64,000 nt of DNA from Candidatus Kuenenia stuttgartensis (GCA_020723505.1 DYIT01000003.1:29893-93892); one strand, 5' to 3'; positions 27,726-37,629 are shown, counted from the first letter of the stretch. Numbers and translations: made by a program. Notes: a model not told the origin generated them from the letters alone.

Positions 27726-30700
27726 ATGAAGAGGAACCTTTTCCACCTGTCGGTAACGGCTCTCGTGCTGGCTGCAGTCGCGGGCTGCGGAGGCGCCGGG
27801 AGCTCGGGCAAGGGGTTCGGCAAGACGCCGGCTCTGGGCGAACTCACGGTGACTCTCGGACCTGCCCACCCCGGAACAATCCAGAACGCCAGAATCCCCC
27901 TCGGCACGACCAGCGACGTCGTGATGCTCCAGGTCAGGATGGCTGCCGACGGCGTGGAGGACATAAGGGTCAACAACATGACCGTCCATGGCCTCGGATC
28001 GGGCGACGAGGTCGCGGACATCGCGACCCTCACTGGAGTAAGCGCCTACCTCGACACCGACAACGACGGTGCGATTGACGCCGCATCCACTCCAATCCAG
28101 TCGTCCGCCTATTCGACCAACGGCGGGGCCGTGAGCTTCTTCATCAACACCGTCGTCCAGAAGAACTCGTTCAAGAACTTCCTTATTGTCTACGATTTCA
28201 ATGCGACTTCCGCAGGCGGGTCGACCTTCATGGCATACGTGAATCCGCCCGCCGACGTGACGGCGACCGGCATCACCTCCGCCGAGCCGCCCACATTGAA
28301 CAGCGCACCAATCACGGGCATCACCGCGACCATCACCGGCACGCTGACGCTGTCCCGCGGGACAGCCACGCCTGCCAGCGCGAACATCAGCAACCATGCA
28401 TCCGGCCGCTCGGTTCTGCAGCTGAATCTCGCTGCAGATGCCGCCGAGAACATCACGGTTTCCAGCCTGAGGATTTCGGCCGGGACCACGACCCTCCATG
28501 AAGTCAACGACCTCCTCGCGTCGCAGGCGGTCGGGCTTTACGCCGATACGAACAGCGACGGCATCTACCAGCCCGGCACGGACGTCCAGCTCGGGACTCC
28601 GCAAGTCTACTCGACAGAAGACGGTTCTATCGATTTCACCGGCATATCCAGGGTGATAACCGCGGGGACCTCGCAGGACTGGATTGTCGTCTACTCCCTC
28701 GACGCTGACGGCGGCGAGAACTTCACCGTGCAGGTAACCCAGGCATCGGACCTGACCGGCTCCGGCGTGCTGAGCACCCAGGCCCCGTTCGTGGCCGGGA
28801 CGTTCCCAATCGTCAGCAACGCATTCGCCACAATCCAGACGGGAGTCCTCACGGTCATTGCAGGCGCTACGAATCCGACCAGCAATACCTATATCCCCGA
28901 GGGATCCACGAACCAGCTCGTGCTCGCAATCAACCTCTCGGTCGACAGCTACGAGGCAATCACCGTCACCTCAATCACGTTCACGCACGCGGGCACGGGC
29001 GTCCTCACCGGGGCAACGCCCAACGACCTCGCGCAGGCGAGGCTCTACAACATCGACGGAGCCGTGAACATCGCGACCACTACCACCTTCACGGCCAACA
29101 CCATCACTTTCTCCGGCCTCTCGCAGGCCATAGGCATAAACCAGAACCGCAACTGGGCCCTGTACCTGAACTTCTCCTCCGGGCTCACGAGCTCCGGCGG
29201 CAATACGTTCAGGTTCGCAGTGGCTTCCGGCAACGACGTCTCCGGCACCGGGGCCACGTCCGGCGGCTTCGGAGTGACCATCAACGGAACCCTCGGATCG
29301 ACGCTCCCCCAGGGGCCGACCCCCACGTTCACCTTGCAGGAGACGCTCGAAGTGAGACGCGGCGCGAACAGCCCGCCCTCGGGCGGCATCGGCACCGCGG
29401 GCGTGGCTGCCAACAAGGAAATCCTCCAGCTCGAGTTCCGCGCCTTCTGCGACCAGGTCAGGATCTCGAGCATCACGCTCCTGCCCTCGGGCGCGGGCGA
29501 TGATTTCAACGAAGTGACGGCAGTGGACATCTACGTGGACGCAAACAACGACGGGCTGGTCACCGCCCCGGGCGACACTCAGATAGCCACGAGCGCTTAT
29601 ACGCAGGACAATACGGCCCAGACGTTCACCTTCAGCACCCAGCAGGTAATCACGCCCGGCACGTCCCTGTTCCTCCTGGTCTACTACCACTTCGGCACTA
29701 CCGGCACACCGGGCGACAATTACACGGTCAGCGTGAGGCAGACCGACCTTTCGCCCTATGGCCTCGGATCGCAGATGTCCATAACGCCCACGGTCGGAAC
29801 TCCCCCCGGCACATGGCCAATCCAGGGCGCGGTCCTGAGCTACGGCGCAAACCTGCTCCTCCAGGCGGCAGGGTCGAATCCCGGGAACAGCACGTCGGTG
29901 CTGAGAAACTCGACCCAGTTCCTCATGGCAGCGTTCAGACTGACCGAATCGACCAACCTCGAGGCGGTCGACGTCACCTCGCTGACGATTACCGCGGTCG
30001 GCGGAATGAGCAACCCGACCTTCCTGAACACGCAGATCGCGGCCGTCAGGCTCTTCGTCGACATGAACGGCAACAATACGCTCGACAGGGCCACGGAACA
30101 GCGCGACGTCACCAAGACCTACTCCAACTCATCCAACCAGATTACCTTCACGATTACGGCAGGCCCGACCCAGTTCAGAGTCGCCCAAAACGGATCACTG
30201 ACATTCTGGGTGGAATACGACTTCACGGCCGTTGCCGCAAACCAGCCCTGGGTAGGCTGCAGCTTTGCGGTCAGCATCGCATCGGTCAACGACATCACTG
30301 CGAACGGCCTGACCACTGGAAGCGCGTCCATCTCCGGCACGCTGCCGGTCAGGGGCGGCTACCAGGTCATTCAGGGTGTGTGGTCGCAGCTCACGGTAAA
30401 CAGCGCAGTCTGGGGCACTTTCTCGACATACGGTGTCTTCCAGAACTCCATGATTTACTGCCCCCTCGGCGGCACCGGCGGTTCCGGAAGGCTGATTGCG
30501 ACCGGAGGGCTCTCACATGACAGGAACCAAGCACCTGGGAGCAACACGTGGATTACCTGGGGCACGTACTCGCTCGACTTGGGCGCCGCGTCTCTCGCCT
30601 GGGTCACCATACCGAACACCGGCAGCCTACCGGGCGGAACGAACGTCGGTCATGCGGACGGGACGATGGCCTACTGCACGATAGGCGGGACGCCGTACTT

Positions 30701-31562
30701 CCTGTACTACGGCGGGCAATACAACACCGGCTATGCGAACCAGGGCACATATACGTACGACCTCTCGACCCCCGCCCCGGCGAACCCGTGGGCGCAGGTG
30801 AACTACGGCACTTCGACCTCCCCTTCGGGCCAGGGACGATTCAGGAACGGCTGGGGGATTGACCGCACCGGCACGAACCCGGTGCTCTATGTCTTCGGCG
30901 GATTCGACGGAACCAATCGCCTGCAGGACCTTTACACCCTGACCCTTACCAGCGCCACCGCCGGAACCTGGGCGCAGATTACGAACGCCACGGGGACCGC
31001 GCCGTCCGGAAGGGCCTGGGCAGCGGGATGCCTCGACACCACGAGCACCGGAACGACCACCTACAACCTGCTGATTTGCGGCGGGGAAACGGGCACCGCC
31101 CTTGCCGCAGACGGGGCGTACATGGCGACCGGAACCACGCCTGCATGGTCGGGGCTGAACAGCTTTACGAATCCCAGGTCCCAGTCCGCATACGCGTATG
31201 ATCCGGACGGGAAAACGTTTTTCGTCTTCGGCGGACTCGAGCTCAGCGGCGGCCCGCCCCCGTTCAACCAGGGATCCAGGGCGCTCGAGATACACCTCAT
31301 GGGATGCCCGACAGGAACCGGCAATCCGCCGTACAAGGCTTACTACGGCGGCACCTCGGAGCTCCCCAACTCGCCGTCAGGGCCCGGTGCGGCAGCCGGA
31401 GTCGGCGGGAGGGGCAGGATGCCAGGCGTCTGGGATTCCGTCCGCCACAGGTTCATCATTTTCGGCGGTTCCAACATGGCGGCACTCACCTTGAATCCGC
31501 CGAGGACAGCTGCTCCGTATACGGATCACATTTCCGATATAAATATCTACACACTGGGATAG
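27726..31562 (+). CDS. Large lipoprotein (1,278 aa) with N-terminal Ig-like/T-S-G-rich repeat domains and a C-terminal Kelch-type beta-propeller.
   Basis: The start is ATG 27726, with AGGAGGAG 7 nt upstream. It has a lipobox LAAVAG|C. Kelch-like motifs are present (YCPLGGTGGSGRLIATGG, FLYYGGQYN, LYVFGGFDGTNRLQDLY, LLICGGETG, FFVFGGLEL, FIIFGGSNM). Confidence 0.8.
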   Translation: MKRNLFHLSVTALVLAAVAGCGGAGSSGKGFGKTPALGELTVTLGPAHPGTIQNARIPLGTTSDVVMLQVRMAADGVEDIRVNNMTVHGLGSGDEVADIATLTGVSAYLDTDNDGAIDAASTPIQSSAYSTNGGAVSFFINTVVQKNSFKNFLIVYDFNATSAGGSTFMAYVNPPADVTATGITSAEPPTLNSAPITGITATITGTLTLSRGTATPASANISNHASGRSVLQLNLAADAAENITVSSLRISAGTTTLHEVNDLLASQAVGLYADTNSDGIYQPGTDVQLGTPQVYSTEDGSIDFTGISRVITAGTSQDWIVVYSLDADGGENFTVQVTQASDLTGSGVLSTQAPFVAGTFPIVSNAFATIQTGVLTVIAGATNPTSNTYIPEGSTNQLVLAINLSVDSYEAITVTSITFTHAGTGVLTGATPNDLAQARLYNIDGAVNIATTTTFTANTITFSGLSQAIGINQNRNWALYLNFSSGLTSSGGNTFRFAVASGNDVSGTGATSGGFGVTINGTLGSTLPQGPTPTFTLQETLEVRRGANSPPSGGIGTAGVAANKEILQLEFRAFCDQVRISSITLLPSGAGDDFNEVTAVDIYVDANNDGLVTAPGDTQIATSAYTQDNTAQTFTFSTQQVITPGTSLFLLVYYHFGTTGTPGDNYTVSVRQTDLSPYGLGSQMSITPTVGTPPGTWPIQGAVLSYGANLLLQAAGSNPGNSTSVLRNSTQFLMAAFRLTESTNLEAVDVTSLTITAVGGMSNPTFLNTQIAAVRLFVDMNGNNTLDRATEQRDVTKTYSNSSNQITFTITAGPTQFRVAQNGSLTFWVEYDFTAVAANQPWVGCSFAVSIASVNDITANGLTTGSASISGTLPVRGGYQVIQGVWSQLTVNSAVWGTFSTYGVFQNSMIYCPLGGTGGSGRLIATGGLSHDRNQAPGSNTWITWGTYSLDLGAASLAWVTIPNTGSLPGGTNVGHADGTMAYCTIGGTPYFLYYGGQYNTGYANQGTYTYDLSTPAPANPWAQVNYGTSTSPSGQGRFRNGWGIDRTGTNPVLYVFGGFDGTNRLQDLYTLTLTSATAGTWAQITNATGTAPSGRAWAAGCLDTTSTGTTTYNLLICGGETGTALAADGAYMATGTTPAWSGLNSFTNPRSQSAYAYDPDGKTFFVFGGLELSGGPPPFNQGSRALEIHLMGCPTGTGNPPYKAYYGGTSELPNSPSGPGAAAGVGGRGRMPGVWDSVRHRFIIFGGSNMAALTLNPPRTAAPYTDHISDINIYTLG

Positions 31563-31583
31563 ATTGCAGGGCTGATTGATAAA

Positions 31584-31614
31584 GAGAGCGGCCTTCGGGC
31601 CGCTCTCTTTTTTT
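31584..31614 (+). terminator. Rho-independent terminator.
   Basis: GAGAGCGGCC-TTCG-GGCCGCTCTC followed by TTTTTTT. Confidence 0.85.
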
Positions 31615-31770
31615 CATGCGCACCAGCGGTGGAACCGGGCAGAGGGGGAGAGATAATCGGCGGAGTCCTGACCGGTGAGCTGCGAAGGACAGGACATAAG
31701 AAAACACCTCCTGTGGGAGGCGAATGTGCCTTGAGGCTTTCCGGCACTTCGCGGGATCCCATTCCCCTTG

Positions 31771-32205
31771 TCATCCCACGTTAATCTTAATCTCTTCGCC
31801 CGAATCGGCGGCGAGCCTTTCCAGGTTCAGGATGAGGACACCGTCCTTTATCGTTGCCTTCACCGACGCCGGGTCGGGTCTGAACGGCAGCGTGAGGGTC
31901 CTGCGGAACGGGCCGCACTTACGTTCCGACACGGCGGCCCGTTCCATGCCCGGCGGTGCGGGCTTCTCCCCTGAAATGGTGAGAACGTCCCCCCTGAGGG
32001 TGATGGACAGGGCGTCGGGCCCGATGCCCGGCAGGTCGGCGAGAAGGACGAGCCTTTCGCGGTCGCCGTAGAGGTCGATGGCGGGGATCCATTCGCCCTT
32101 TGCGAAAGCGACGAGGTCGGTCTCCGAGAATCCCTTAATCCATTTCCTGATTTCCGTCTGAATCCGATCCACGATCTCCGCAGTGTTGATTTTCCTGTGG
32201 TCCAT
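31771..32205 (-). CDS. Hsp20/alpha-crystallin family small heat-shock protein.
   Basis: 144 aa. It has an alpha-crystallin domain (...DLYGDRERLVLLADLPGIGPDALSITLRGDVLTISGEK...ATIKDGVLILNLER). Confidence 0.85.
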   Translation of the reverse strand: MDHRKINTAEIVDRIQTEIRKWIKGFSETDLVAFAKGEWIPAIDLYGDRERLVLLADLPGIGPDALSITLRGDVLTISGEKPAPPGMERAAVSERKCGPFRRTLTLPFRPDPASVKATIKDGVLILNLERLAADSGEEIKINVG

Positions 32206-32360
32206 GTTCCATGCTCCGAATAAGAAACAGCCTGGAAGCCCGAATCTTCCGAGACCGATTGCAGGATTCTAATCGTTTCACCGCCCTCTAGCCACAGGCG
32301 AAACGGGGCTCATCCCGACCCTTTCCCCCCAAGTTCGGGCCGTGGTGAGGGGCGGTCATT

Positions 32361-32394
32361 CCACACGAAGCGCGAAGCCTCATGCTTCGTGCGG
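32361..32394. repeat. REP-like hairpin, copy 3 (same stem CCACACGAAGC/GCTTCGTGCGG, different loop).
   Basis: The stem sequence is shared with the 27321/27431 copies. It lies in the Hsp20–nuoA divergent region. Confidence 0.6.
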
Positions 32395-32481
32395 CGAATG
32401 CAGTTCATGCCTGATGTTCCGCGCTGCCCGGCCATGGCATTTATTGTCGTATCGCCCGCGCAACCGGCGCGCCATCGACTA

Positions 32482-32506
32482 TTTTCCGCGCCGGAGGCGC
32501 GGAAAA
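32482..32506. promoter_or_regulatory. Perfect palindrome TTTTCCGCGCC-GGA-GGCGCGGAAAA abutting the nuo -35 element (candidate operator/activator site).
   Basis: 11-bp perfect inverted repeat seen directly. It ends 3 bp before the TTGACT. Confidence 0.45.
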
Positions 32507-32509
32507 TTA

Positions 32510-32539
32510 TTGACTTCCTTCGAAGGGCTCCAATATAAT
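32510..32539 (+). promoter_or_regulatory. Sigma70-like promoter of the nuo operon (TTGACT-N18-TATAAT).
   Basis: -35 TTGACT at 32510–32515 and -10 TATAAT at 32534–32539. The start codon is 40 nt downstream, with a GGAGAGGAGAGG SD. Confidence 0.55.
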
Positions 32540-32578
32540 CCTGGACCACATGTCACCAGCGAAGGGAGAGGAGAGGAA

Positions 32579-32941
32579 ATGGGCGCAGAACAGCTGTTCC
32601 CCACCTTGGTACTGGTCGGGCTCGTAGTCGCAACGGCGACCGCGCTTATCGTGATATCCTCGCTTTTCGGCCCAGCGCGGAGGAAATCAAGGGAGAAGTT
32701 CGATACCTACGAATGCGGCGTGCAGCTTCTGGACAGCGCACGGAGGAGGTTCTCGGTGAAGTTCTACCTCACGGCGCTGATATTCCTCCTGTTCGACATC
32801 GAGGCGGTCTTCCTGATTCCCTGGGCGGTCATATACAGGAAGCTCGGGGTCCTGGGCCTCTTCGAGACTTTCTTCTTCATCGCGGTCCTCGGAATCGGGC
32901 TCTTGTACATTTACAGGAGAGGAGCTCTGGAGTGGGACTAG
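32579..32941 (+). CDS. nuoA: NADH-quinone oxidoreductase subunit A.
   Basis: MGAEQLFPTLVLVGLVVATATALIVISSLFGP...YECG...FDIEAVFLIPWA. The start is at 32579, with a strong SD. Confidence 0.9.
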   Translation: MGAEQLFPTLVLVGLVVATATALIVISSLFGPARRKSREKFDTYECGVQLLDSARRRFSVKFYLTALIFLLFDIEAVFLIPWAVIYRKLGVLGLFETFFFIAVLGIGLLYIYRRGALEWD

Positions 32942-33417
32942 AGAGCAGGCTTCCGGAATTCGTCACCACCAGACTCGACTGGGTCGTCAACACCGCTCGC
33001 AGATACGCGGTCTGGCCCATGCCTTTCGCCACGGCCTGTTGCGGCATAGAGTTCATGGCCGCCGCGTCCTCGCGCTACGACCTTTCCAGGTTCGGGTCGG
33101 AAATCATGAGGTTCTCGCCAAGGCAGGCGGACCTGCTGCTCGTCGCGGGACGCGTCTGCCTCAAGGAAGCGCCGGTCCTCATGAAAATCTACCGCCAGAT
33201 GGCGGAGCCGAAGTGGGTCATGGCCGTGGGCGCATGCGCGTCCACGGGCGGCATGCTCGACGTATACGGGGTCGTCCAGGGAATCGACAAGCTCCTGCCT
33301 GTCGACGTCTACGTCCCCGGATGCCCGCCGAGGCCCGAGGCGATAATCGACGGATTCATGAAAATCCACAAAATCATCGGGGGCGAGCGCATCGCCGACC
33401 GGAAACACGGAGATTAG
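32932..33417 (+). CDS. nuoB: NADH-quinone oxidoreductase subunit B (20 kDa, N2 Fe-S).
   Basis: ...WPMPFATACCGIEFMA...GACASTGGMLD...VPGCPPRPEA. The GTG start at 32932 overlaps the nuoA stop, with GGAGAGGAG upstream. Confidence 0.85.
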   Translation: MGLESRLPEFVTTRLDWVVNTARRYAVWPMPFATACCGIEFMAAASSRYDLSRFGSEIMRFSPRQADLLLVAGRVCLKEAPVLMKIYRQMAEPKWVMAVGACASTGGMLDVYGVVQGIDKLLPVDVYVPGCPPRPEAIIDGFMKIHKIIGGERIADRKHGD

Positions 33418-33420
33418 CGG

Positions 33421-33924
33421 ATGTTCAAGGACGCTGAGTCGGTCAAGGAGAAGTTCCCGGCCGGATTCCTGGCTTACGAGGAATTCAGGAACCAGCCGAC
33501 AATCATCGTGAAGCCGGAGGCGGTCTTCGAAGTCCTCAGGTTCCTGAAGGACGATCCTTCGGCTGGATACGACCTCCTCGTGGACGTGACCGCCGTGGAC
33601 CACGGGGCAGGCCTGTCCGACAACCGTTTCTCGGTGGTCTACCACCTCTGCAGGACGGCCGAAGGCAAGCGGCTGCGCCTGAAGGCCTTCCTGAACGCCG
33701 ACAAACCAGTGATTGAATCGGTCGTGCCCCTGTGGCTTGCGGCGAACTGGGCCGAGAGGGAAGCCTACGACCTCATGGGGATTACGTTCAGGAACCATCC
33801 GGACCTGAGGAGGATAATGCTTCCCGACAGCTTCGAGCACCACCCTCTCCGCAAGGACTATCCTGTCGAGGGGCGCGGGGAACGCGACTCTTTCATAAAG
33901 TACAACCCGGACGACGGTCTGTAG
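33421..33924 (+). CDS. nuoC: NADH-quinone oxidoreductase subunit C (30 kDa).
   Basis: 167 aa. It has ...VTAVDHG...FSVVYHL...LWLAANWAEREAYDLMGITF. Confidence 0.9.
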   Translation: MFKDAESVKEKFPAGFLAYEEFRNQPTIIVKPEAVFEVLRFLKDDPSAGYDLLVDVTAVDHGAGLSDNRFSVVYHLCRTAEGKRLRLKAFLNADKPVIESVVPLWLAANWAEREAYDLMGITFRNHPDLRRIMLPDSFEHHPLRKDYPVEGRGERDSFIKYNPDDGL

Positions 33925-33931
33925 GATTGCC

Positions 33932-35134
33932 ATGAAAACACAACTCAAGAAGGCGGACGGCCTGGAGCCGCGGCCCATGGTCATCAACCTGGGGCCTTCG
34001 CATCCGTCCATGCACAACACGCTGAGGGTGATTGCGGAGCTCGATGGCGAAATAATAAGGAAGGCGGACCTCGAAATCGGCTACCTGCACTGCGGTTTCG
34101 AGAAAATCGCCGAGTCCAAGACCTACCACCAGTTCATCGCCTTCACGGACCGCATGGGGTACACGTCGGCCCTGTGCAACAACATCGGATACGTGCTCGC
34201 TGTCGAGAAGCTGCTCGGCATTGACGTGCCGGAGCGCTGCAAATGGATTCGCGTGATTCTGGCGGAGCTCGCGAGGCTCTCGGACCACGTGATGAGCATC
34301 GGGCTCATGGCGATGGACATCGGGGCCTTCACGGTAATGCTCTACGGATTCATAGAACGCGAGCTGATTTACGACGTTTTCGAGGCCTCGACCGGCGGCC
34401 GCATGACGATGAGCTACCCCAGGATAGGCGGGCTCGTCAAGGACGTGCCCAAGGACTTCGGAGAGAGGGTGCTCAAGTTCGCGGACCGGGTGGACCCGTT
34501 CTGCAGCGAGGTCGAGGAGCTCCTCGAGAACAACAGGATTTGGAACGAACGCACCCGCGGCGTTGGCGTGATTCCGCGCGAGGAGGCCGTGAACTGGGGG
34601 ATAACGGGCCCGTTGCTGCGCGCCTTCGGGGTGAACTACGACATACGCAAGGTGAACCCGTACCTGACGTACGACCAAATCGATTTCGAGGTGCCCCTGA
34701 GGCCCGAAGGCGACGTGTTCGCGCGGTACAAGGTGAAGATGGCGGAGATGAGGCAGAGCGCGCGCATACTCCGCCAGGCGGTCGAGAAGATGCCCAAGTC
34801 CGGGCCAATCAACATCGACGACCACGGAATCATACTGCCGCCGAAGGACGGGATGAAGGGCAGCATCGAATCCCTGATACACCACTTCAAGCTGATTATC
34901 GACGGCATCAAGATCCCTGCGGGCGAGAGCTATTTCTGCACGGAAACCCCGAACGGCGAGCTCGGATTCTACATCGTGAGCGACGGCGGCCGGCATCCGG
35001 TCAGGATGCGCGTGAGGCCGCCGACCTTCTACAACCTCCAGCCGTTCCCGAGGATGGTCGAAGGCGGGTTCATATCGGACTCCATCGCCGTCATGGCCAG
35101 CCTGAACATTGCGGCCGGGGAACTCGACAGGTAG
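33932..35134 (+). CDS. nuoD: NADH-quinone oxidoreductase subunit D (49 kDa).
   Basis: 400 aa. It has MVINLGPSHPSMHNTLRV...TDRMGYTSAL. nuoH follows directly, with no nuoE/F/G. Confidence 0.9.
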   Translation: MKTQLKKADGLEPRPMVINLGPSHPSMHNTLRVIAELDGEIIRKADLEIGYLHCGFEKIAESKTYHQFIAFTDRMGYTSALCNNIGYVLAVEKLLGIDVPERCKWIRVILAELARLSDHVMSIGLMAMDIGAFTVMLYGFIERELIYDVFEASTGGRMTMSYPRIGGLVKDVPKDFGERVLKFADRVDPFCSEVEELLENNRIWNERTRGVGVIPREEAVNWGITGPLLRAFGVNYDIRKVNPYLTYDQIDFEVPLRPEGDVFARYKVKMAEMRQSARILRQAVEKMPKSGPINIDDHGIILPPKDGMKGSIESLIHHFKLIIDGIKIPAGESYFCTETPNGELGFYIVSDGGRHPVRMRVRPPTFYNLQPFPRMVEGGFISDSIAVMASLNIAAGELDR

Positions 35135-35153
35135 GCGCGAAAGAGGACGACTT

Positions 35154-36215
35154 ATGTCGACACTGGAAATCATAGTGACCTGCATAAAGGTCCTGGCGGT
35201 CTTCACGGCCCTCCAGATGGCGGTCCCGGTGCTCGTCATCATGGAGCGCAGGGGAGTGTCCTTCATCCAGGACAGGGTCGGGCCGGACCGATGCGGGCCG
35301 TTCGGGCTGCTCCAGCCCTTCGCGGACGCCGCCAAGCTCGTGTTCAAGGAAGACATAACGCCGAGGCACGTGGACAAGCTCCTCTATTTCCTCGCGCCGG
35401 CGTTCTGCCTCATAGTGCCCACCGTGGCATTCGCCGTCGTGCCGTTCGGCAGCGGCATCAGGATTGGCGACTTCACGCTCTCCTTCCAAATCGCGGATTT
35501 CAGGGTCGGCGTGCTGTACCTCCTCGCGATTCTTTCGATGAGCTCGTTCGGAGTCGTCTGCGCAGGATGGGCGCAGAACAACAAGTACGGGACCCTGAGC
35601 GCCCTCCGCGGGGTGGCGCAGAGCGTTTCGTACGAAATCGCCATGTGCCTCGCGGTAGTGGCGGTCGTCATGTCCACGAACAGCGACAGCGGCGTCTCTT
35701 CCACCGCAATGAGCACCATCGTGGCCGACCAGGGCGGGACCTATCTCGGATTCTTCCCGAAATGGAACGTGTTCACCCAGCCCATCGCCTTCTTCATCTT
35801 CCTCGCGGCCATGTACGCTGAGACCAACAGGACGCCGTTCGACTTCGTGGAATGCGAGCAGGAGCTGGTCGCGGGATACATGACCGAATACGGGAGCATG
35901 AAGTTCTCCATGCTGTTCATGGGCGAGTACATCGCAATGGCGCTCCAGTCCGCCCTTCTCGTGACCTTCTTCCTCGGGGGCTGGACCCTGCCATGGGTGG
36001 ACCTTGGCGACGGGAGCATCGCAGGCGGCATCGCAAGCGTCATCGTGTTCCTCGTGAAGTGGTTCGCGGTGGCCTGGCTGTACATCTGGGTCAGATGGAC
36101 CCTTCCCAGGCTCCGCTACGACAAGCTCATGGACCTCGGCTGGAAGGCGCTGGTCCCCCTGGCGCTCATCAACATCGTCGCCACCGCGTTCGTGGGGGTG
36201 TGGCTCAGGAGCTAG
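35154..36215 (+). CDS. nuoH: NADH-quinone oxidoreductase subunit H.
   Basis: The start is at 35154 (MSTLEIIV...), with AAGAGGA upstream. It has ...ERRGVSFIQDRVGPDRCGPFGLLQPFADA.... Confidence 0.9.
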   Translation: MSTLEIIVTCIKVLAVFTALQMAVPVLVIMERRGVSFIQDRVGPDRCGPFGLLQPFADAAKLVFKEDITPRHVDKLLYFLAPAFCLIVPTVAFAVVPFGSGIRIGDFTLSFQIADFRVGVLYLLAILSMSSFGVVCAGWAQNNKYGTLSALRGVAQSVSYEIAMCLAVVAVVMSTNSDSGVSSTAMSTIVADQGGTYLGFFPKWNVFTQPIAFFIFLAAMYAETNRTPFDFVECEQELVAGYMTEYGSMKFSMLFMGEYIAMALQSALLVTFFLGGWTLPWVDLGDGSIAGGIASVIVFLVKWFAVAWLYIWVRWTLPRLRYDKLMDLGWKALVPLALINIVATAFVGVWLRS

Positions 36216-36217
36216 AG

Positions 36218-36754
36218 ATGCAGAATCAGCACGGCAGTTCGCACGATTCGCACGGCGCTTCCCATTCGGGCGGCGGGCATGACGGCCACGAAAGGCCCCA
36301 GGACGACCCGCGCGAATCGCTATGGTACAGGTGCTACATCCCGGAGATTATCCGGGGCCTCAAGGTCACGATGAAGCACATCCTCTTCCGCCCGCGCTTC
36401 ACCGTGAAGTACCCGGAGGAGAAGTACAACTGCCCCGGGTTCGAGGGGTCGGCGCCGGGATACCACGGGGAGCACAGGCTCAAGAAGGACGAGCAGGGGA
36501 GAATCAAGTGCGTGGCCTGCCTCATGTGCCAGACGGTGTGCCCCGCGAAGTGCATCGAGATTGAGGGCGGCGAGGACGAGAAGGGGGCCAAGTACCCGGT
36601 CAAGTTCGAAATCAACATGCTGAGGTGCATCTACTGCGGCTTCTGCGAGGAGGCCTGCCCCAAGGATGCAATCGAGCTCACGACGAAGTACTACCAGGTG
36701 AGCACATCGAGGGAAGAGAAGATTTACGGCAAGGAGAGGCTCCTGAACAATTGA
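36218..36754 (+). CDS. nuoI: NADH-quinone oxidoreductase subunit I (2x[4Fe-4S]) with a His/Gly/Ser-rich N-terminal extension.
   Basis: CxxCxxCxxxCP motifs (CVACLMCQTVCP, CIYCGFCEEACP). The only in-frame start is ATG 36218, which gives MQNQHGSSHDSHGASHSGGGHDGHERPQDD before the canonical N-terminus. Confidence 0.85.
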   Translation: MQNQHGSSHDSHGASHSGGGHDGHERPQDDPRESLWYRCYIPEIIRGLKVTMKHILFRPRFTVKYPEEKYNCPGFEGSAPGYHGEHRLKKDEQGRIKCVACLMCQTVCPAKCIEIEGGEDEKGAKYPVKFEINMLRCIYCGFCEEACPKDAIELTTKYYQVSTSREEKIYGKERLLNN

Positions 36755-36792
36755 CGGGGGGCGACTCCCGGTTCCCGAGTTGGGGATTTCGC

Positions 36793-37305
36793 ATGTCAGA
36801 CGTGATGTTCGTGGCCCTGGCGGTCGTTTCGACGGCTTCGGCGCTGCTCCTGGTGACGCGCAGGAACCCGCTTTACGCCGCGCTGTGCATGATGGTGCTC
36901 TTCGGGACGACCGCGCTCCTGTTCCTCAAGCTGTCTGCGCCGTTCCTCGCCGCGATGCAGGTGCTGGTGTACGGCGGCGCCGTGCTCATGCTGTTCTTGT
37001 TCACGATCATGCTGCTCAACCTTCACCCGGAGGAACTGGGGAGCGAGAAGGGGCTCACGTTCAAGCTGTCGGCGGGGATACTGTCGGCGGTCCTGGCGAT
37101 ATTCCTGATATACGCGGTCAAGTTCAGCCGCGACATGACGGGAGGGAGCTTCCCGGAACTGCCGGCGGGCTCCGCGGCCTTCGGGTCGGCGGAAAGCGTG
37201 GGCGAGGGCATCTTCGACGCGTTCGTGCTGCCCTTCGAGCTCGTGTCGGTGCTGATTGTGGCGGCCGTCGCCGGCGCCATCGTCCTCACCAAGAAAAAGC
37301 TTTAG
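36793..37305 (+). CDS. nuoJ: NADH-quinone oxidoreductase subunit J.
   Basis: The start is at 36793 (MSDVMFVALAVVSTASALLLVTRRNPLYAALCMMVLF...). Confidence 0.85.
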   Translation: MSDVMFVALAVVSTASALLLVTRRNPLYAALCMMVLFGTTALLFLKLSAPFLAAMQVLVYGGAVLMLFLFTIMLLNLHPEELGSEKGLTFKLSAGILSAVLAIFLIYAVKFSRDMTGGSFPELPAGSAAFGSAESVGEGIFDAFVLPFELVSVLIVAAVAGAIVLTKKKL

Positions 37306-37317
37306 GGGGAATGGCCA

Positions 37318-37629
37318 GTGTTCACCGTCGACAACTGCCTCGTGCTGAGCGCTGTGCTGTTCGCGATTGGCGTGTTCGGCGTCATCGCGCGGCGCAACCT
37401 GCTCGTCATACTGATGTCCATCGAGGTGATGCTGAACGCGGTCAACCTCGCGTTCATGTCGTTCGCGAGGCAGCATGCGTTCGAGGGAGGGAACGCGGGG
37501 CAGATATTCGTACTCATCGTCATGGCCGTAGCGGCCGCCGAAGCCGCGGTGGGCCTTGCGATTCTCCTGGCTTTCTTCAGGAACAGACAGACGGCCGACG
37601 CGGACGAGGCCAATCTCATGAAGAACTGA
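37318..37629 (+). CDS. nuoK: NADH-quinone oxidoreductase subunit K.
   Basis: GTG start. It has ...LVLSAVLFAIGVFGVIARRNLLVILMSIEVMLNAVNLAF... Confidence 0.85.
   Translation: MFTVDNCLVLSAVLFAIGVFGVIARRNLLVILMSIEVMLNAVNLAFMSFARQHAFEGGNAGQIFVLIVMAVAAAEAAVGLAILLAFFRNRQTADADEANLMKN

Noticed and set aside
32342-32578. Long N-terminal extension of NuoA as given by the ORF track (start 32342).
   Set aside because: The extension runs through the REP-like hairpin and the promoter itself. ATG 32579 has a strong SD and gives a canonical 120-aa NuoA.
33893-35377. 494-aa minus-strand ORF antisense to nuoD/nuoH, and 310-aa ORF 34243..35175 (+) in an alternative nuoD frame.
   Set aside because: They overlap highly conserved nuo genes. 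Their translations are Arg/His/Pro-rich. They are typical GC-rich antisense ORFs.
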